Assembly: GCA_964291675.2 (NCBI GenBank)
Contig: OZ219866.1
Coordinates: 1,984,001 to 2,048,000, forward strand
DNA: 64,000 bases
Direction of reading: 5' to 3'
Source of the DNA: Alphaproteobacteria bacterium
GTDB taxonomy: Bacteria; Pseudomonadota; Alphaproteobacteria; MPNO01
Shown: piece by piece, positions 11,827 to 22,115 of the stretch
How the letters are laid out: every line of letters begins with the position of its first letter
Position numbering within the stretch: position 1 is the first letter of the stretch
Notes under the pieces: generated by a model
Database searches by the model: none
What the model was told of the DNA's origin: nothing
The model's input: only the letters and a program-made list of their open reading frames with translations
Position numbers and translations under genes: made by a program

Positions 11827-11967
11827 CGACGCCTCTCCATGCGACACAAGCGGCGCCATCATGGCGGGGCGCGGGCCTGGCGCCAATAGCCCGCCGGCGG
11901 TTGAGGCGCCGCGCGATCCGTGGCTTGATGGGCGCGGTCGAAGACGAAGGGTGCGGCGGAGAGGCGT

Positions 11968-14334
11968 TTGACGGAGCCGGTTCTCGAAGGCGGCGCGATC
12001 GGCAGTTCCGCGCCGCGCATCGCCGCCCGGCGGCTCGCGCATGGGCGCGGCCGCTATACCGACGACATCGTGCTGCCCCGGATGCTGCACGCGGCCTTCG
12101 TGCGCAGCGCGCACGCCCATGCGCGGATCGTCCGCATCGACGGCGCGGAGGCGGCCCGCCGGCAAGGCGTGTTCCGCGTGGTGACCGGCGCCGATCTCGC
12201 CGGCATCTGCCGGCCCATGCTGGCGATCGCGGCCCATCGGCCGGGCCACAAATCCGCGCCCCAGCCGCCGATGGCGCAGGGAACCGCGTACTGGCAGGGC
12301 CAGCCCGTCGCCGCGGTGGTGGCCGAGAGCCGCGCGGCGGCGGAGGACGCGGCCGAGCTGGTGGAAGTCGAATACGAGCCGCTCGATCCGGTGGCCGACC
12401 CGGCCGAGGCGCTCGCCCCCGGGAGTCCGGCGATCCATCCCGAGCTCGGCGACAATCTGGCGTTTGCGCACCGCATCGAGGTCGGCGATGTCGATGCCGC
12501 CTTCGGCTCGGCCGCCGCGGTGGAGGAACAGGATTTGGGCTTCGGCCGCCACACCGCGGTCACGCTGGAGCCTCGGGTGACCATCGCCGATTACCAACCC
12601 GCCGACGGCACCCTCGTCGTCCACCAGTCGCACCAGTCGCCCTATCAGATGCAGGAGGTCTATGCCGCCCTGCTCGGCATCGACGATCACCGGGTGCGGG
12701 TGATCTGCCCCGACGTGGGCGGCGGGTTCGGGCTCAAGATCAACGTCCATGACGACGAGATCGCGACGGCGGCGATCGCCCGGCTCCTGGGCCGGCCGGT
12801 CAAGTTCTGCGCCGACCGCCTGGAAGCCTTCGGTGCCGACGCGCATAGCCGCGATCACACGGTGCGCGGGCGCATCGCGGTGTCGGAGAGCGGCGAGATC
12901 CTCGCCATGGAGGTCGACGACCTGTCTGCGATCGGGGCGTATACCGCCTTCATCCGCTTCGGCATCGCCGAGGGCATGATGACGATCACCAATGCCGGCG
13001 CGCCCTATCGCGTGCCGGCCTATCGCGGCGCGATGCGGGCGGCCTATGTCAACAAGCCGATCGTCGGCATGTATCGCGGCGTCGGCGTGCCGATCGCCTG
13101 CGCCGTCACCGAGCAGCTCTGCGACCTGGCCGCGCGCGCGATCGGCATGGATCCGGTCGCCTTCCGCCGGATCAACTATCTCGATCCCGATACCCTGCCC
13201 GGCGCGTCCATAGGCGGCATCCAGCTCCCGCGCATCGAGTTTTCGCGCGCGCTCGACCGGCTGGTGGAGACGATGGGATATGACGCGCTTCGCGCCGAAC
13301 AGGCCGCGCTGCGCAAGAGCGGCATCCATCGCGGCATCGGGGTCGCGACCTTCATCGAGCCGACCGCCTACGGTCCCGGCTATTACGGCCCGTCCGAGGC
13401 GCCGGTCTCGACCCAGGAGGGGACCACCGTCAAGCTCGAACCGTCGGGCAGGGTCCGCTGCATCACCAGCGTCACCGACCAGGGGCAGGGCACGCTCACC
13501 GCGATCGCCCAGATCGTCGCCGACCAGCTCGGCGTCGGCATCGACGAGATCGACACGATCGCCGGCGACAGCGCGGTCACCCCGTTCGGCGGCGGCGCCT
13601 GGGCGTCGCGCGGCCTGGCGATGGGCGGCGAGGCCTCGCTCGAAGCCGCGCTCGCGCTGAAACGGAACGTTCTCGCCATCGCCGGGCCCATGCTGCAGGC
13701 CGATCCGGCGAGCCTCGACCTGAAGCGCGGCGCGGTGGTCGACCGCGACGGCGGCACGCCCCGGCTCTCGCTCGGCGAAGTCGCGCGCATCGGCCATTTC
13801 CGCCAGGACACCCTGCCCGCCGATCTCCAGCCGGAGCTCGCCGTCACCCGCCACCACGTGCCCAACCGGGCGCATTACTACGTCGCCTACGGCGCTCTCG
13901 GCTGCCATCTCGAACTCGATCCGGAGACCGGCTCGATCGAGCTGCTCGGGGTCTGGGTGGCCGACGAGTGCGGCCGCATCGTCAACCCGCTTCTGGTCGA
14001 CGAACAGCTGCGCGGCGGGGTCGTCCAGGGGCTCGGCGCGGCGTTCTTCGAGGAATGCGTCTATGACGGCGGCGGGCAGCTTCTCAACGGCACGCTTGCC
14101 GATTACCTCGTGCCGATGGCGACCGACATCCCCGACATCGCGACCGCCCATATCGACGGGCTGGAGGAGACCACCAGGCTCGGCGCCAAGGGCGTGGGCG
14201 AGGGGGGGACCATAGGCGCCACCGCCGCCGCCTGGCTCGCGGTCAACGATGCGCTGGCGCCCTTCGGGGAAACGGTCTCGGCGCAGCCCTTCACCCCGGA
14301 ACGCATCCTCGCGGCGATCGAGGGCCGGGGATGA
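11968..14334 (+). CDS. Xanthine dehydrogenase family molybdopterin-binding subunit
   Basis: GRGRYTDD, DVGGGFGLK, MYRGVG, DQGQG, GAKGVGE. Confidence 0.92.
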   Translation: MTEPVLEGGAIGSSAPRIAARRLAHGRGRYTDDIVLPRMLHAAFVRSAHAHARIVRIDGAEAARRQGVFRVVTGADLAGICRPMLAIAAHRPGHKSAPQPPMAQGTAYWQGQPVAAVVAESRAAAEDAAELVEVEYEPLDPVADPAEALAPGSPAIHPELGDNLAFAHRIEVGDVDAAFGSAAAVEEQDLGFGRHTAVTLEPRVTIADYQPADGTLVVHQSHQSPYQMQEVYAALLGIDDHRVRVICPDVGGGFGLKINVHDDEIATAAIARLLGRPVKFCADRLEAFGADAHSRDHTVRGRIAVSESGEILAMEVDDLSAIGAYTAFIRFGIAEGMMTITNAGAPYRVPAYRGAMRAAYVNKPIVGMYRGVGVPIACAVTEQLCDLAARAIGMDPVAFRRINYLDPDTLPGASIGGIQLPRIEFSRALDRLVETMGYDALRAEQAALRKSGIHRGIGVATFIEPTAYGPGYYGPSEAPVSTQEGTTVKLEPSGRVRCITSVTDQGQGTLTAIAQIVADQLGVGIDEIDTIAGDSAVTPFGGGAWASRGLAMGGEASLEAALALKRNVLAIAGPMLQADPASLDLKRGAVVDRDGGTPRLSLGEVARIGHFRQDTLPADLQPELAVTRHHVPNRAHYYVAYGALGCHLELDPETGSIELLGVWVADECGRIVNPLLVDEQLRGGVVQGLGAAFFEECVYDGGGQLLNGTLADYLVPMATDIPDIATAHIDGLEETTRLGAKGVGEGGTIGATAAAWLAVNDALAPFGETVSAQPFTPERILAAIEGRG

Positions 14335-16676
14335 GCGAAGCCGCGATCGGGCGTTCCATCGCGCGCCCCAACGCGCGGCGCGCCGCCTCCGGCCGCGGCC
14401 GTCACGTCGCCGATCTCGCATTCAGGCGGCTGGTCGATGTCGCCTTCGTCCGCTGCCCCTACGCCCATGCCCGGATCGTGTCGATCGACACGGGGGAGGC
14501 GGCGGCGCAGCCGGGCGTGGCGGCGGTGCTCACGGGGGCGGAACTCGCCGAGCGCACCCGGCCGTGGCTGGGCACGATGAAGAACGCGCCTTCTCTCCTC
14601 TCCGTTCCGCAATACGGCATGGCGGTCGATTGCGCGCGCTGGCAGGGCGAGCCCGTCGCCGCGGTCGCCGCCGAGGGCCGGGCGCGCGCCGAGGACGCGG
14701 CCGAGCGCGTCGCCGTCGTCTGGGAAGAGCTTGAGCCGGTTGCCGACATCGAGACCGCCCTCGACGACGGAGCCCCGATCCTCCACCCCTCGCTCGGCAC
14801 CAACCGGCTGTATGACCGCGTTGTCGACACCGGGGACGCGGCAGCCGCCTTCGCCGCCGCGGATGTCGTCGTCGAAGGGCAGTTCCGCTTCGGCCGGCAT
14901 ACCGGCGTGCCGCTGGAGGCCCGGGCGATCGTCGCGGAGTACGACCCGGGCGACCGCAGGCTCACCTTGCACTATGGCGGGCAGGCGCCGCACATGACGC
15001 AGATCCTGTTCGCCCGTCATCTCGGGCTGGAGGAACGCCAAGTCCGGGTGATCGCCTACGACGTCGGGGGCGGGTACGGCATCAAGAGCCATCACTACGG
15101 CGACGAGTTCACCGCCGCCGCGCTGGCGATGCTGCTCGCCCGCCCGGTGCGGTACTGGGCGGACCGGCTGGAATCCTTCGTCTCCGACATCCACGCGCGG
15201 GACCACGCGGTCCGCGGCCGGCTCGCGGTGGAGAAGGACGGCCGGATCGCGGCGCTGGAGATCGACGACCTGGTCGGTGCCGGCGCCTATTCGTCCTACC
15301 CGCGCACCAGCTCGGTCGAGGCCAACCAGGTCCTCAATGTCTCCGGCGGACCCTACGCGATAGCCAACTACCGGGCGCGCACCCGGGTCGTGTTCCAGAA
15401 CAAGGTGCCGATCTCGCAATATCGCGGGGTCGGCCATCCGATCGCGATCCTGACCGTGGAGGCCCTGATCGACCGCGCCGCCGCCGCGCTCGGCACCGAC
15501 CCGGCGGAGCTGCGGCGGCGGAACTTCGTGCCCGACGACGGCTATCCGGTAAAGGCCCCGTCCGGCGTCGGGCTCGACGACCTGTCGCACCAGGCCTGTC
15601 TCGCAAAGCTGCTGGAGCTGATGGACTACGACGCGCTCCGCGCCGACCGGGACGAGAAGCGCAGCCGGGGCGCGCTCTGCGGCATCGGGCTCGCCTCGTT
15701 CATCAAGGGCACCAACCCGGGGCCGCAGATCTACGGACCCGCGGGCGTGCCCATCTCGGCGCAGGACGGGTGCACCGTCAGGCTCGAGCCGTCCGGCGCG
15801 GTGACCTGCCTCGCCGGCGTGACCGAGCAGGGCCAGGGCACCGAGACCGTCCTCGCCCAGGTGGTCGCCCAGTCGGTCGGCGTGCCCTTCGAGGCGGTCA
15901 CCGTGATCACCGGCGACACCGATGCGGTGCCCTATGGCGGCGGCACCTACGGCTCGCGCGGCGGCGGAATCGGCGGCGAGTCGGCGAGGCGCGCGGGCGA
16001 GGCGCTGCGCGGCGAGATCCTCGATCTCGCAGGCGCGCTGCTCCAGGCCGAGCCCGGATCGCTCGCCTTGCGCGACGGCGCCGTGGTCGAGCGCGCCGGC
16101 GGCGCCCCGCGCATGACCCTCGCCGAGCTGGGCGATCTCGCCTTCTTCCGCTGCGGCGAGCTGCCCGACGGGGTCTATCCCTCGCTCACCCAGACCCGCC
16201 GCTTCCGGGTGCCGGAATACGTGTTCACCAACGGCGCCCACGGGGCCCGGATCGAGGTCGATCCCGAGACCGGGGAGGTCCGCATTCTCGGCTACTGGGC
16301 GGTCGAGGACGGCGGGCGGCTGATCAACCCCCTGCTCGCGGAGGAGCAGCTTCGCGGCGCCATCGTCCAGGGGCTCGGCGACGCGCTCTACGAGCACAGC
16401 CTGTACGACCGCGACGGCCAGCTTCTCAACGGCACCATGGTCGACTACCTGGTGCCGATGGCGGCCGAGATGCCCGATATCGTGCTCGCCCATGTCGAGA
16501 CCCCGACCTCGGTCTCCGGCCTCGGCGCCAAGGGGGTGGGCGAGTCCGGCACCGCCGCCGCGCCCGGCACGGTGTTCAACGCGGTGAACGACGCGCTGGC
16601 GCCGCTCGGCGCCGCCGTGGAGGCGATACCGATCACGCCCGAATCGGTCCTCGCCGCGCTCGGCCGCGCCCGGTGA
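14331..16676 (+). CDS. Second xanthine dehydrogenase family molybdopterin-binding subunit
   Basis: DVGGGYGIK, QYRGVG, EQGQG, GAKGVGE; ATGA overlap with the previous gene. Confidence 0.92.
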   Translation: MSEAAIGRSIARPNARRAASGRGRHVADLAFRRLVDVAFVRCPYAHARIVSIDTGEAAAQPGVAAVLTGAELAERTRPWLGTMKNAPSLLSVPQYGMAVDCARWQGEPVAAVAAEGRARAEDAAERVAVVWEELEPVADIETALDDGAPILHPSLGTNRLYDRVVDTGDAAAAFAAADVVVEGQFRFGRHTGVPLEARAIVAEYDPGDRRLTLHYGGQAPHMTQILFARHLGLEERQVRVIAYDVGGGYGIKSHHYGDEFTAAALAMLLARPVRYWADRLESFVSDIHARDHAVRGRLAVEKDGRIAALEIDDLVGAGAYSSYPRTSSVEANQVLNVSGGPYAIANYRARTRVVFQNKVPISQYRGVGHPIAILTVEALIDRAAAALGTDPAELRRRNFVPDDGYPVKAPSGVGLDDLSHQACLAKLLELMDYDALRADRDEKRSRGALCGIGLASFIKGTNPGPQIYGPAGVPISAQDGCTVRLEPSGAVTCLAGVTEQGQGTETVLAQVVAQSVGVPFEAVTVITGDTDAVPYGGGTYGSRGGGIGGESARRAGEALRGEILDLAGALLQAEPGSLALRDGAVVERAGGAPRMTLAELGDLAFFRCGELPDGVYPSLTQTRRFRVPEYVFTNGAHGARIEVDPETGEVRILGYWAVEDGGRLINPLLAEEQLRGAIVQGLGDALYEHSLYDRDGQLLNGTMVDYLVPMAAEMPDIVLAHVETPTSVSGLGAKGVGESGTAAAPGTVFNAVNDALAPLGAAVEAIPITPESVLAALGRAR

Positions 16677-18232
16677 CCGATCCCCGCTGCGGCAATCTCG
16701 GCTATTTCAACCGCGCGGCGGCGGCGGCGCTGGGCGAGCGGATTGCGATCGTCGATCTGTCGCGCATGCCGGCAAGGGAAATCGCGCATGGCGAGCTTGA
16801 TTCGCGAATGGACCGCGTCGCCGCCGCGCTTCGCGCGCGCGGTCTCGCGCCGGGCGACCGCGTGCTGCTCGCCATGGCCAACCGGTTCGAGTTCGTCGAG
16901 GCGTTCTTCGGCGCGATGCGGGCGGGGCTGGTGCCGGTGCCGCTCAATATCAGGCTGGGCGCGGACACTATCCGCTTCGTGGTGGAAGACGCCGGCTGCA
17001 AGGCGGCCATCGCCTCCCCCGGCGCGCATGCCGAAATCGAGGCGGTCTGCGAGACCGCCGGGCTCGCGCCGCGCATCGCGACCGCGCCTTCCCCGGCCGG
17101 ATGGGAGGACTACGAGACCGCGCTCGCCGAGGCGGACGGGCGCGGCTTCGCCCCGCCGCCGGTCGCGCCCCGGCAGGTCGCCTTCCTGCCCTACACCTCG
17201 GGCTCCACCGGGCGTCCGAAGGGCGTGCTGCTCGCCCATGACGGCATGCTCTGGGCGATCCGCTCGTCGCAGCGCCACTGGCCCGCCGCGCCGGACGACC
17301 GGGCGCTGATCGCCGGTCCGCTCTACCACAAGAACGCGATGCGGGTGTCGGTGAAGCCCAAGCTGCATGTCGGGGCTTCGGTGGTCATCCTGCCGCGCTT
17401 CGAGCCGCGGGATTTTCTCCGGGCGCTCAGCGAGTACCGCTGCACCGAGGCCGGCGGCGTGCCCGCCATGTACCGCATGACGCTGGCCGAACGGGAGCTG
17501 ATCGAGAGCCTCGATTTCTCCGCGCTCCGGGTGCTGGAGATGGGCTCCGCGGTGGTCGGCGCCGAGCTGATCGCCGCCGTGGAGCGGGCCTTCGGGGCGA
17601 CGGTGATCGAGGCCTATGGATTGACCGAGGGCGGCGGGCCGCTGCGCGAGGCGGCCGACGGAAGACCCGCGCCGCGCGGCAGCTGCGGGCTTGCCGCCCC
17701 GGAGGTCGGCATCCGGCTGGTGGACGACACCGGTGCCGAGGGGGAGGAGGGCGAGCTCTGGGTCCGCTCGCCCGCCGTGCTCGCCGGCTACAACAACCGG
17801 CCCGATCTCGACGCCGAACGCATCCGCGACGGCTGGCTCCGCACCGGCGATTTGTTCCGCCGCGACGCCGAGGGTTTCTTCTACTTCCAGGGCCGGACCG
17901 ACGACCAGTTCTCCTGCGGCGGCGAGAACATCAACCCCAAGGAGGTCGAGCTCCTGCTGGTGCAGCATCCGGCGGTAATCGATGCCGCGGTCGCGCCGGT
18001 GCCGCACGCGCTCAAGGACCTGGCGCCCGCGGCGCTGGTCACGCTGCGCCCCGACCGGGACGCGGACGAGGCGGCGCTCAGGGCGTTCGCGCTGGAACGC
18101 GGCCCGGCCTACGCCCATCCGCGGCGCATCTTCGCGGTCGATGCGCTGCCGGTCGGCGGCACCGGCAAGATCGACCGCCGGGCGGTGCGCGAGCGCCTGC
18201 TCGCCCTGATCGCCGGAAACCCGGCGCCATGA
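16673..18232 (+). CDS. Class I adenylate-forming enzyme (acyl/aryl-CoA ligase)
   Basis: YTSGSTGRPKG, YGLTEG, WLRTGD, GGENINPKEVE, TGKIDR; GTGA overlap. Confidence 0.92.
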   Translation: MTDPRCGNLGYFNRAAAAALGERIAIVDLSRMPAREIAHGELDSRMDRVAAALRARGLAPGDRVLLAMANRFEFVEAFFGAMRAGLVPVPLNIRLGADTIRFVVEDAGCKAAIASPGAHAEIEAVCETAGLAPRIATAPSPAGWEDYETALAEADGRGFAPPPVAPRQVAFLPYTSGSTGRPKGVLLAHDGMLWAIRSSQRHWPAAPDDRALIAGPLYHKNAMRVSVKPKLHVGASVVILPRFEPRDFLRALSEYRCTEAGGVPAMYRMTLAERELIESLDFSALRVLEMGSAVVGAELIAAVERAFGATVIEAYGLTEGGGPLREAADGRPAPRGSCGLAAPEVGIRLVDDTGAEGEEGELWVRSPAVLAGYNNRPDLDAERIRDGWLRTGDLFRRDAEGFFYFQGRTDDQFSCGGENINPKEVELLLVQHPAVIDAAVAPVPHALKDLAPAALVTLRPDRDADEAALRAFALERGPAYAHPRRIFAVDALPVGGTGKIDRRAVRERLLALIAGNPAP

Positions 18233-19206
18233 CGGTCCTGGTCACCGGCGCGGCGGGGTTCATCGGCTACCACGTGAGCGCCTTCCTGCTCGAGCGCGGG
18301 GAGACCGTGGTCGGGCTGGACGCGGTCACCGATTACTACGATGTCGGGCTGAAGGAAGCCCGCATCGCCCGGCTCGATCGCCATGACCGGTTCAGCCTGC
18401 TCAGATGCGATCTCGCGGACCGGGACGCGGCGTTCGCCGCGCTCGGCGCGGTGGCGGGCATCGACCGGGCGGTACATCTCGCCGCGCAGGCCGGCGTGCG
18501 CCATTCGCGCGAGCGCCCGTTCGCCTATGTCGAGGCGAACCTCGTCGGCCACGCGACGGTGCTCGAATTCTGCCGCCATCTGCCCGGGCTCAGGCATCTC
18601 GTCTATGCCAGCTCGAGCTCGGTCTATGGCGGCAATGCCAAGCTGCCCTTCGCCGTCGGGGACCGGACCGATTCGCCGATCTCGCTCTACGCCGCCACCA
18701 AGCGGGCGAACGAGCATATGAGCCACTGCTACAGCCATCTCTACGGCATCCCGCAGACCGGACTCCGCTTCTTCACCGTCTACGGGCCGTGGGGCCGCCC
18801 CGACATGGCGCTCTACCAATTCACCCGGGCGATCCTCGAAGGCCGCCCCATCGAGGCGTTCAACGACGGCAACATGAAGCGCGACTTCACCTATATCGAC
18901 GACATCGTCCCGGGCGTCGCCGCCGCGCTCGACACCCCGCCGGACGCGGCGGCGGGCGTGCCGCACCGGCTCTACAATCTCGGCAACGACCGCCCCGAGC
19001 CCCTGATGCGCCTGATCGCGGTGCTGGAGGAGAGTCTCGGCCGCAAGGCGGAGATCGAGTTCCGCCCCCTGCAGCCGGGCGACGTCGCGGCGACCTGGGC
19101 CGACATCTCGGCGACCCGCCGCGACCTCGGCTTCGCGCCGGTCACGCCGATCGACGCCGGCGTCCCGCGCTTCGTCGAGTGGTACAGGCGCTACCACGGC
19201 GTCTGA
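18229..19206 (+). CDS. NAD-dependent epimerase, UDP-glucuronate 4-epimerase-like
   Basis: TGAAGFIG, HLAAQAGVR, YASSSSVYG, YAATK, RFFTVYGPWGRPDMA. Confidence 0.92.
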   Translation: MTVLVTGAAGFIGYHVSAFLLERGETVVGLDAVTDYYDVGLKEARIARLDRHDRFSLLRCDLADRDAAFAALGAVAGIDRAVHLAAQAGVRHSRERPFAYVEANLVGHATVLEFCRHLPGLRHLVYASSSSVYGGNAKLPFAVGDRTDSPISLYAATKRANEHMSHCYSHLYGIPQTGLRFFTVYGPWGRPDMALYQFTRAILEGRPIEAFNDGNMKRDFTYIDDIVPGVAAALDTPPDAAAGVPHRLYNLGNDRPEPLMRLIAVLEESLGRKAEIEFRPLQPGDVAATWADISATRRDLGFAPVTPIDAGVPRFVEWYRRYHGV

Positions 19207-19224
19207 GCGCGCCGCCGCGGAACC

Positions 19225-19301
19225 TGGCGCGCCCGGCAGGATTCGAACCTGCGACCCCGGGATTAGGAATCCCGTGCTCTATCCTGCTGAGCTACGGGCG
19301 C
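19225..19301 (-). tRNA. tRNA-Arg (anticodon CCT)
   Basis: Reverse complement GCGCCCGTAGCTCAGCAGGATAGAGCACGGGA-TTCCTAA-TCCCGGGGTCGCAGGTTCGAATCCTGCCGGGCGCGCCA. Confidence 0.97.
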
Positions 19302-19337
19302 GTCGGGCGAGCTATAGCAGAACCCCGGCCCCGCCAT

Positions 19338-21434
19338 CTACTGGTGGTGGTGCAGCACCTCCGAGTAGGTCGGGAACGGCCACGCGCGGCCGTCCACCAG
19401 GAGCTCCAGCCGGTCCGCCACGTCGCGCGCGGATTGCATGCACGGTTTCAGGGCCTCGTGCGCGTATGACGCGGCCCCTCCCGGATCGTCGTGCGGGAAG
19501 GCGTCGTACGCATCGGCGAGTCTTTCGGTTTCCGAAAGCAGCTCTTCGACGAGCGCGCGCTTCTTGTCGAACATCGGCGACTGGAACCCGGAGTCGCGGT
19601 CGGCGCGGGTGTCCTCGATGGCGACAGGGAGGATCTGGGTCCTGAGGATGCGCAGCAGCGCGCGCGCCTCGATGTGGAGCTCGGTGGCGTAGGCCTCCTG
19701 CAGGACGTTCTGACGCGCCACGAGCTCGTGCTCGTTGAGGATGCCGAGCTCGCCCATCAGCTTGACGTTCTTCTCCGCCGTCAGGGCCTCGTAGGCCTCC
19801 GGGCTGCTCCTGAGGTGGATCAGGCCGTGCTTCTCGGCGTGCTCGTAAAGAGCGTCGGAGTAGCCGTCGCCGCTGAACAGGGCGCCCTGGTTTTCCTGAA
19901 TGGTCTCGCGGATCACCTGATCGACGGGCTTGCCGGCGTCGACCTCGTCGCACATGTGCTTCAGGCTGTCCGCGATCGCCGCGTTCACCATGGTCAGCGG
20001 GAACGCGATATGCTGGTTGCCGCCCACGGCGCGGAACTCGAACCGGTTGCCGCACCACGGGAACGGCGCGGTGCGGTTGCGGTCCTCCAGATTGGCCCGC
20101 ACGTCGGCGACCGGGGCCACGATCTCGATCTCCTTGCGCTCGTTTCCGTAGCCCGCGAAGTCGCCGCCCTCGGCGACCGCCTTCACATGGGCTTCCAGGC
20201 GCTCGCCCAGATGCAGGGTGATGATCGCCGGCGGCGCCTCCTGGGCGCCGAGCCGGTGGTCGTTGCCGGCCGTCGACACGCCGCAGCGCAGCAGGTCGCC
20301 GTGCCGGTTGACCCCGCGCAGCAGGGCCGCGACGAAGGCGATGAAGCGCCGGTTCTCTTCCGCGGTCTCCCCCGGCACGAACAGGTTGGCGCCGGTGTCG
20401 GTGTTGAGCCCCCAGTTGTTGTGCTTGCCGGTGCCGTTGATGCCGGCGAAGGGCTTCTCGTGAAACAGGATGGTGAAGCCGTGGTCGAAGGCGAGGTCGC
20501 GAAGCACGTCCATGGCGAGCACGTTGGTATCCGCCGCGAGGTTGGCGAGGCCGAAGACCGGCGATATCTCGTGCTGCGCGGGGGCGACCTCGTTGTGGGT
20601 GCAATGGATCGAGATTCCGAGCTCCCACATCTTGTCGCGCGCCTCCGCCACGTAGCGGTTCACCCTGGGCGACAGCTTGGAGAAATAGTTGCCGTCCATC
20701 TCCTGGCCGCGCAGCGGCGCCGCGCCCAGCAGCGTGCGCCCCGCGGCCACCAGGTCGGGCCGCGCCAGGTACTTCTCCCGGTCGATCAGGAAGAACTCCT
20801 GCTCCCAGCCCACATTGCACACGACCTCCCTGGTCGAGCTGTCCCCGAGCAGCGAGAGCAGCCGCACGCTTTGCTCGTTGACCGCCATGTCGGCCCGCAA
20901 GAGCGGGGTCTTCTGGTCGAGGGCCTCGCCGTTCCAGGTCACGAAGGCGGACGGGATGTAAAGCGTCTGCCGGTAGACGAAGGGCGGCGATCCGGTGTCC
21001 CAGCCGATATAGGCCGCCGCCCGATGGGTCTCGCGCAGCCCGCCATTGGGGAAGGAGGAGCCGTCGGTCTCGGTCTGGAACAGCTCCGAGCCCGTCAGGT
21101 TGATGATCAGGCGATCGGTGGCGAAATCCACCCCGACGAAGGTTTCCAGCTTCTCGCCGTGGATCGCGCCCCGCATCGGCGAGAACCAGTGCGAATAGCC
21201 GATGCAGCCCTTCGACTGCGCCCATTCGCGAATCGACTTGGCCAGCGCGTTCGCGAAATCCCGATCCATCGGCACGCCCGTCGCGCGGCACTGGGCGAGC
21301 GCGTAGTAGACGTCCGGATCGACCAGCTTCTTCAGTATCGAGTCGTCCAGCACATTGCTGTTGATCATCGCCAGGGCCGGCGGGAGGGCTACCTCCTGGG
21401 TCGGTGCCTCGTGCGTGGAGTGCGTGATTGCCAT
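19338..21434 (-). CDS. glnN: Glutamine synthetase type III
   Basis: 698 aa; ETDGSSFPNGGLR, GWEQEFF, HNEVAPAQHE, HEKPFAGINGTGKH, DHRLGAQEAPP, DRNRT, NRFEFR. Confidence 0.93.
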   Translation of the reverse strand: MAITHSTHEAPTQEVALPPALAMINSNVLDDSILKKLVDPDVYYALAQCRATGVPMDRDFANALAKSIREWAQSKGCIGYSHWFSPMRGAIHGEKLETFVGVDFATDRLIINLTGSELFQTETDGSSFPNGGLRETHRAAAYIGWDTGSPPFVYRQTLYIPSAFVTWNGEALDQKTPLLRADMAVNEQSVRLLSLLGDSSTREVVCNVGWEQEFFLIDREKYLARPDLVAAGRTLLGAAPLRGQEMDGNYFSKLSPRVNRYVAEARDKMWELGISIHCTHNEVAPAQHEISPVFGLANLAADTNVLAMDVLRDLAFDHGFTILFHEKPFAGINGTGKHNNWGLNTDTGANLFVPGETAEENRRFIAFVAALLRGVNRHGDLLRCGVSTAGNDHRLGAQEAPPAIITLHLGERLEAHVKAVAEGGDFAGYGNERKEIEIVAPVADVRANLEDRNRTAPFPWCGNRFEFRAVGGNQHIAFPLTMVNAAIADSLKHMCDEVDAGKPVDQVIRETIQENQGALFSGDGYSDALYEHAEKHGLIHLRSSPEAYEALTAEKNVKLMGELGILNEHELVARQNVLQEAYATELHIEARALLRILRTQILPVAIEDTRADRDSGFQSPMFDKKRALVEELLSETERLADAYDAFPHDDPGGAASYAHEALKPCMQSARDVADRLELLVDGRAWPFPTYSEVLHHHQ

Positions 21435-21657
21435 GACGGTCCTTCCGCGAGAGCCATTACCGGGAAGGGAAAGCTAATGCATGCGTGCGAGGTTCACCAA
21501 GAAAATCCGCGACCCGGAGCGGCGAAAACAAGATTGCAATTTATTTGACCTGTTCGGCGAAAATGGAAAACTATTGAGTACATGTGCGGCTCAGAATTCC
21601 GGCGCAAACGCCGCTGCGCGGGCTTGAAACAGGCGATCGCAACCCTGGGCTGTCTTT

Positions 21658-22107
21658 TTGGGAAGGTCTATAGAACACGCCGTGCTCCATTTTTCACTGA
21701 TCAATGACTTGCGAGAACTTGGCGTTGCCGCGGCGAAAGTCGACGCGTTCTGCGCCGAGCACGGCGTGTCGCGGGATATCGCATTCGCCGTCAACGTGTC
21801 GGTCGACGAGCTGCTGACCAACACCATCAGCTACGGTTTCGACGACGGCGAATCGCACCGAATCGAAATGACCGTCCGCATCGAGGACGACGTGCTGGTG
21901 ATCGAGCTGGTGGATGACGCCACGCCCTACGATCCGACCCGTGCGCCGCATCCCGACATCGACGCGCCGATCGAGCGGCGCCCCATAGGTGGGCTCGGCG
22001 TCCACTTCGTCCGCGAATTGATGGACGGCTTCAGCTATCGCCGCAGCGAGGGGCGCAATATCGTGACCCTGACCAAGCGGACGGGAGACCGTCCGGCGGA
22101 GGGGTAG
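21658..22107 (+). CDS. RsbW/SpoIIAB-like anti-sigma factor / serine kinase (HATPase_c)
   Basis: ELLTNTISYG (N box), DDATPYDP, GGLGVHFV; start uncertain. Confidence 0.88.
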   Translation: MGRSIEHAVLHFSLINDLRELGVAAAKVDAFCAEHGVSRDIAFAVNVSVDELLTNTISYGFDDGESHRIEMTVRIEDDVLVIELVDDATPYDPTRAPHPDIDAPIERRPIGGLGVHFVRELMDGFSYRRSEGRNIVTLTKRTGDRPAEG

Positions 22108-22115
22108 CCCGGCGC

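Noticed and set aside
10888-14421. 1177-aa minus-strand ORF
   Set aside because: Only the last ~312 aa (EamA) are real; the rest is the antisense shadow of the Mo-subunit gene
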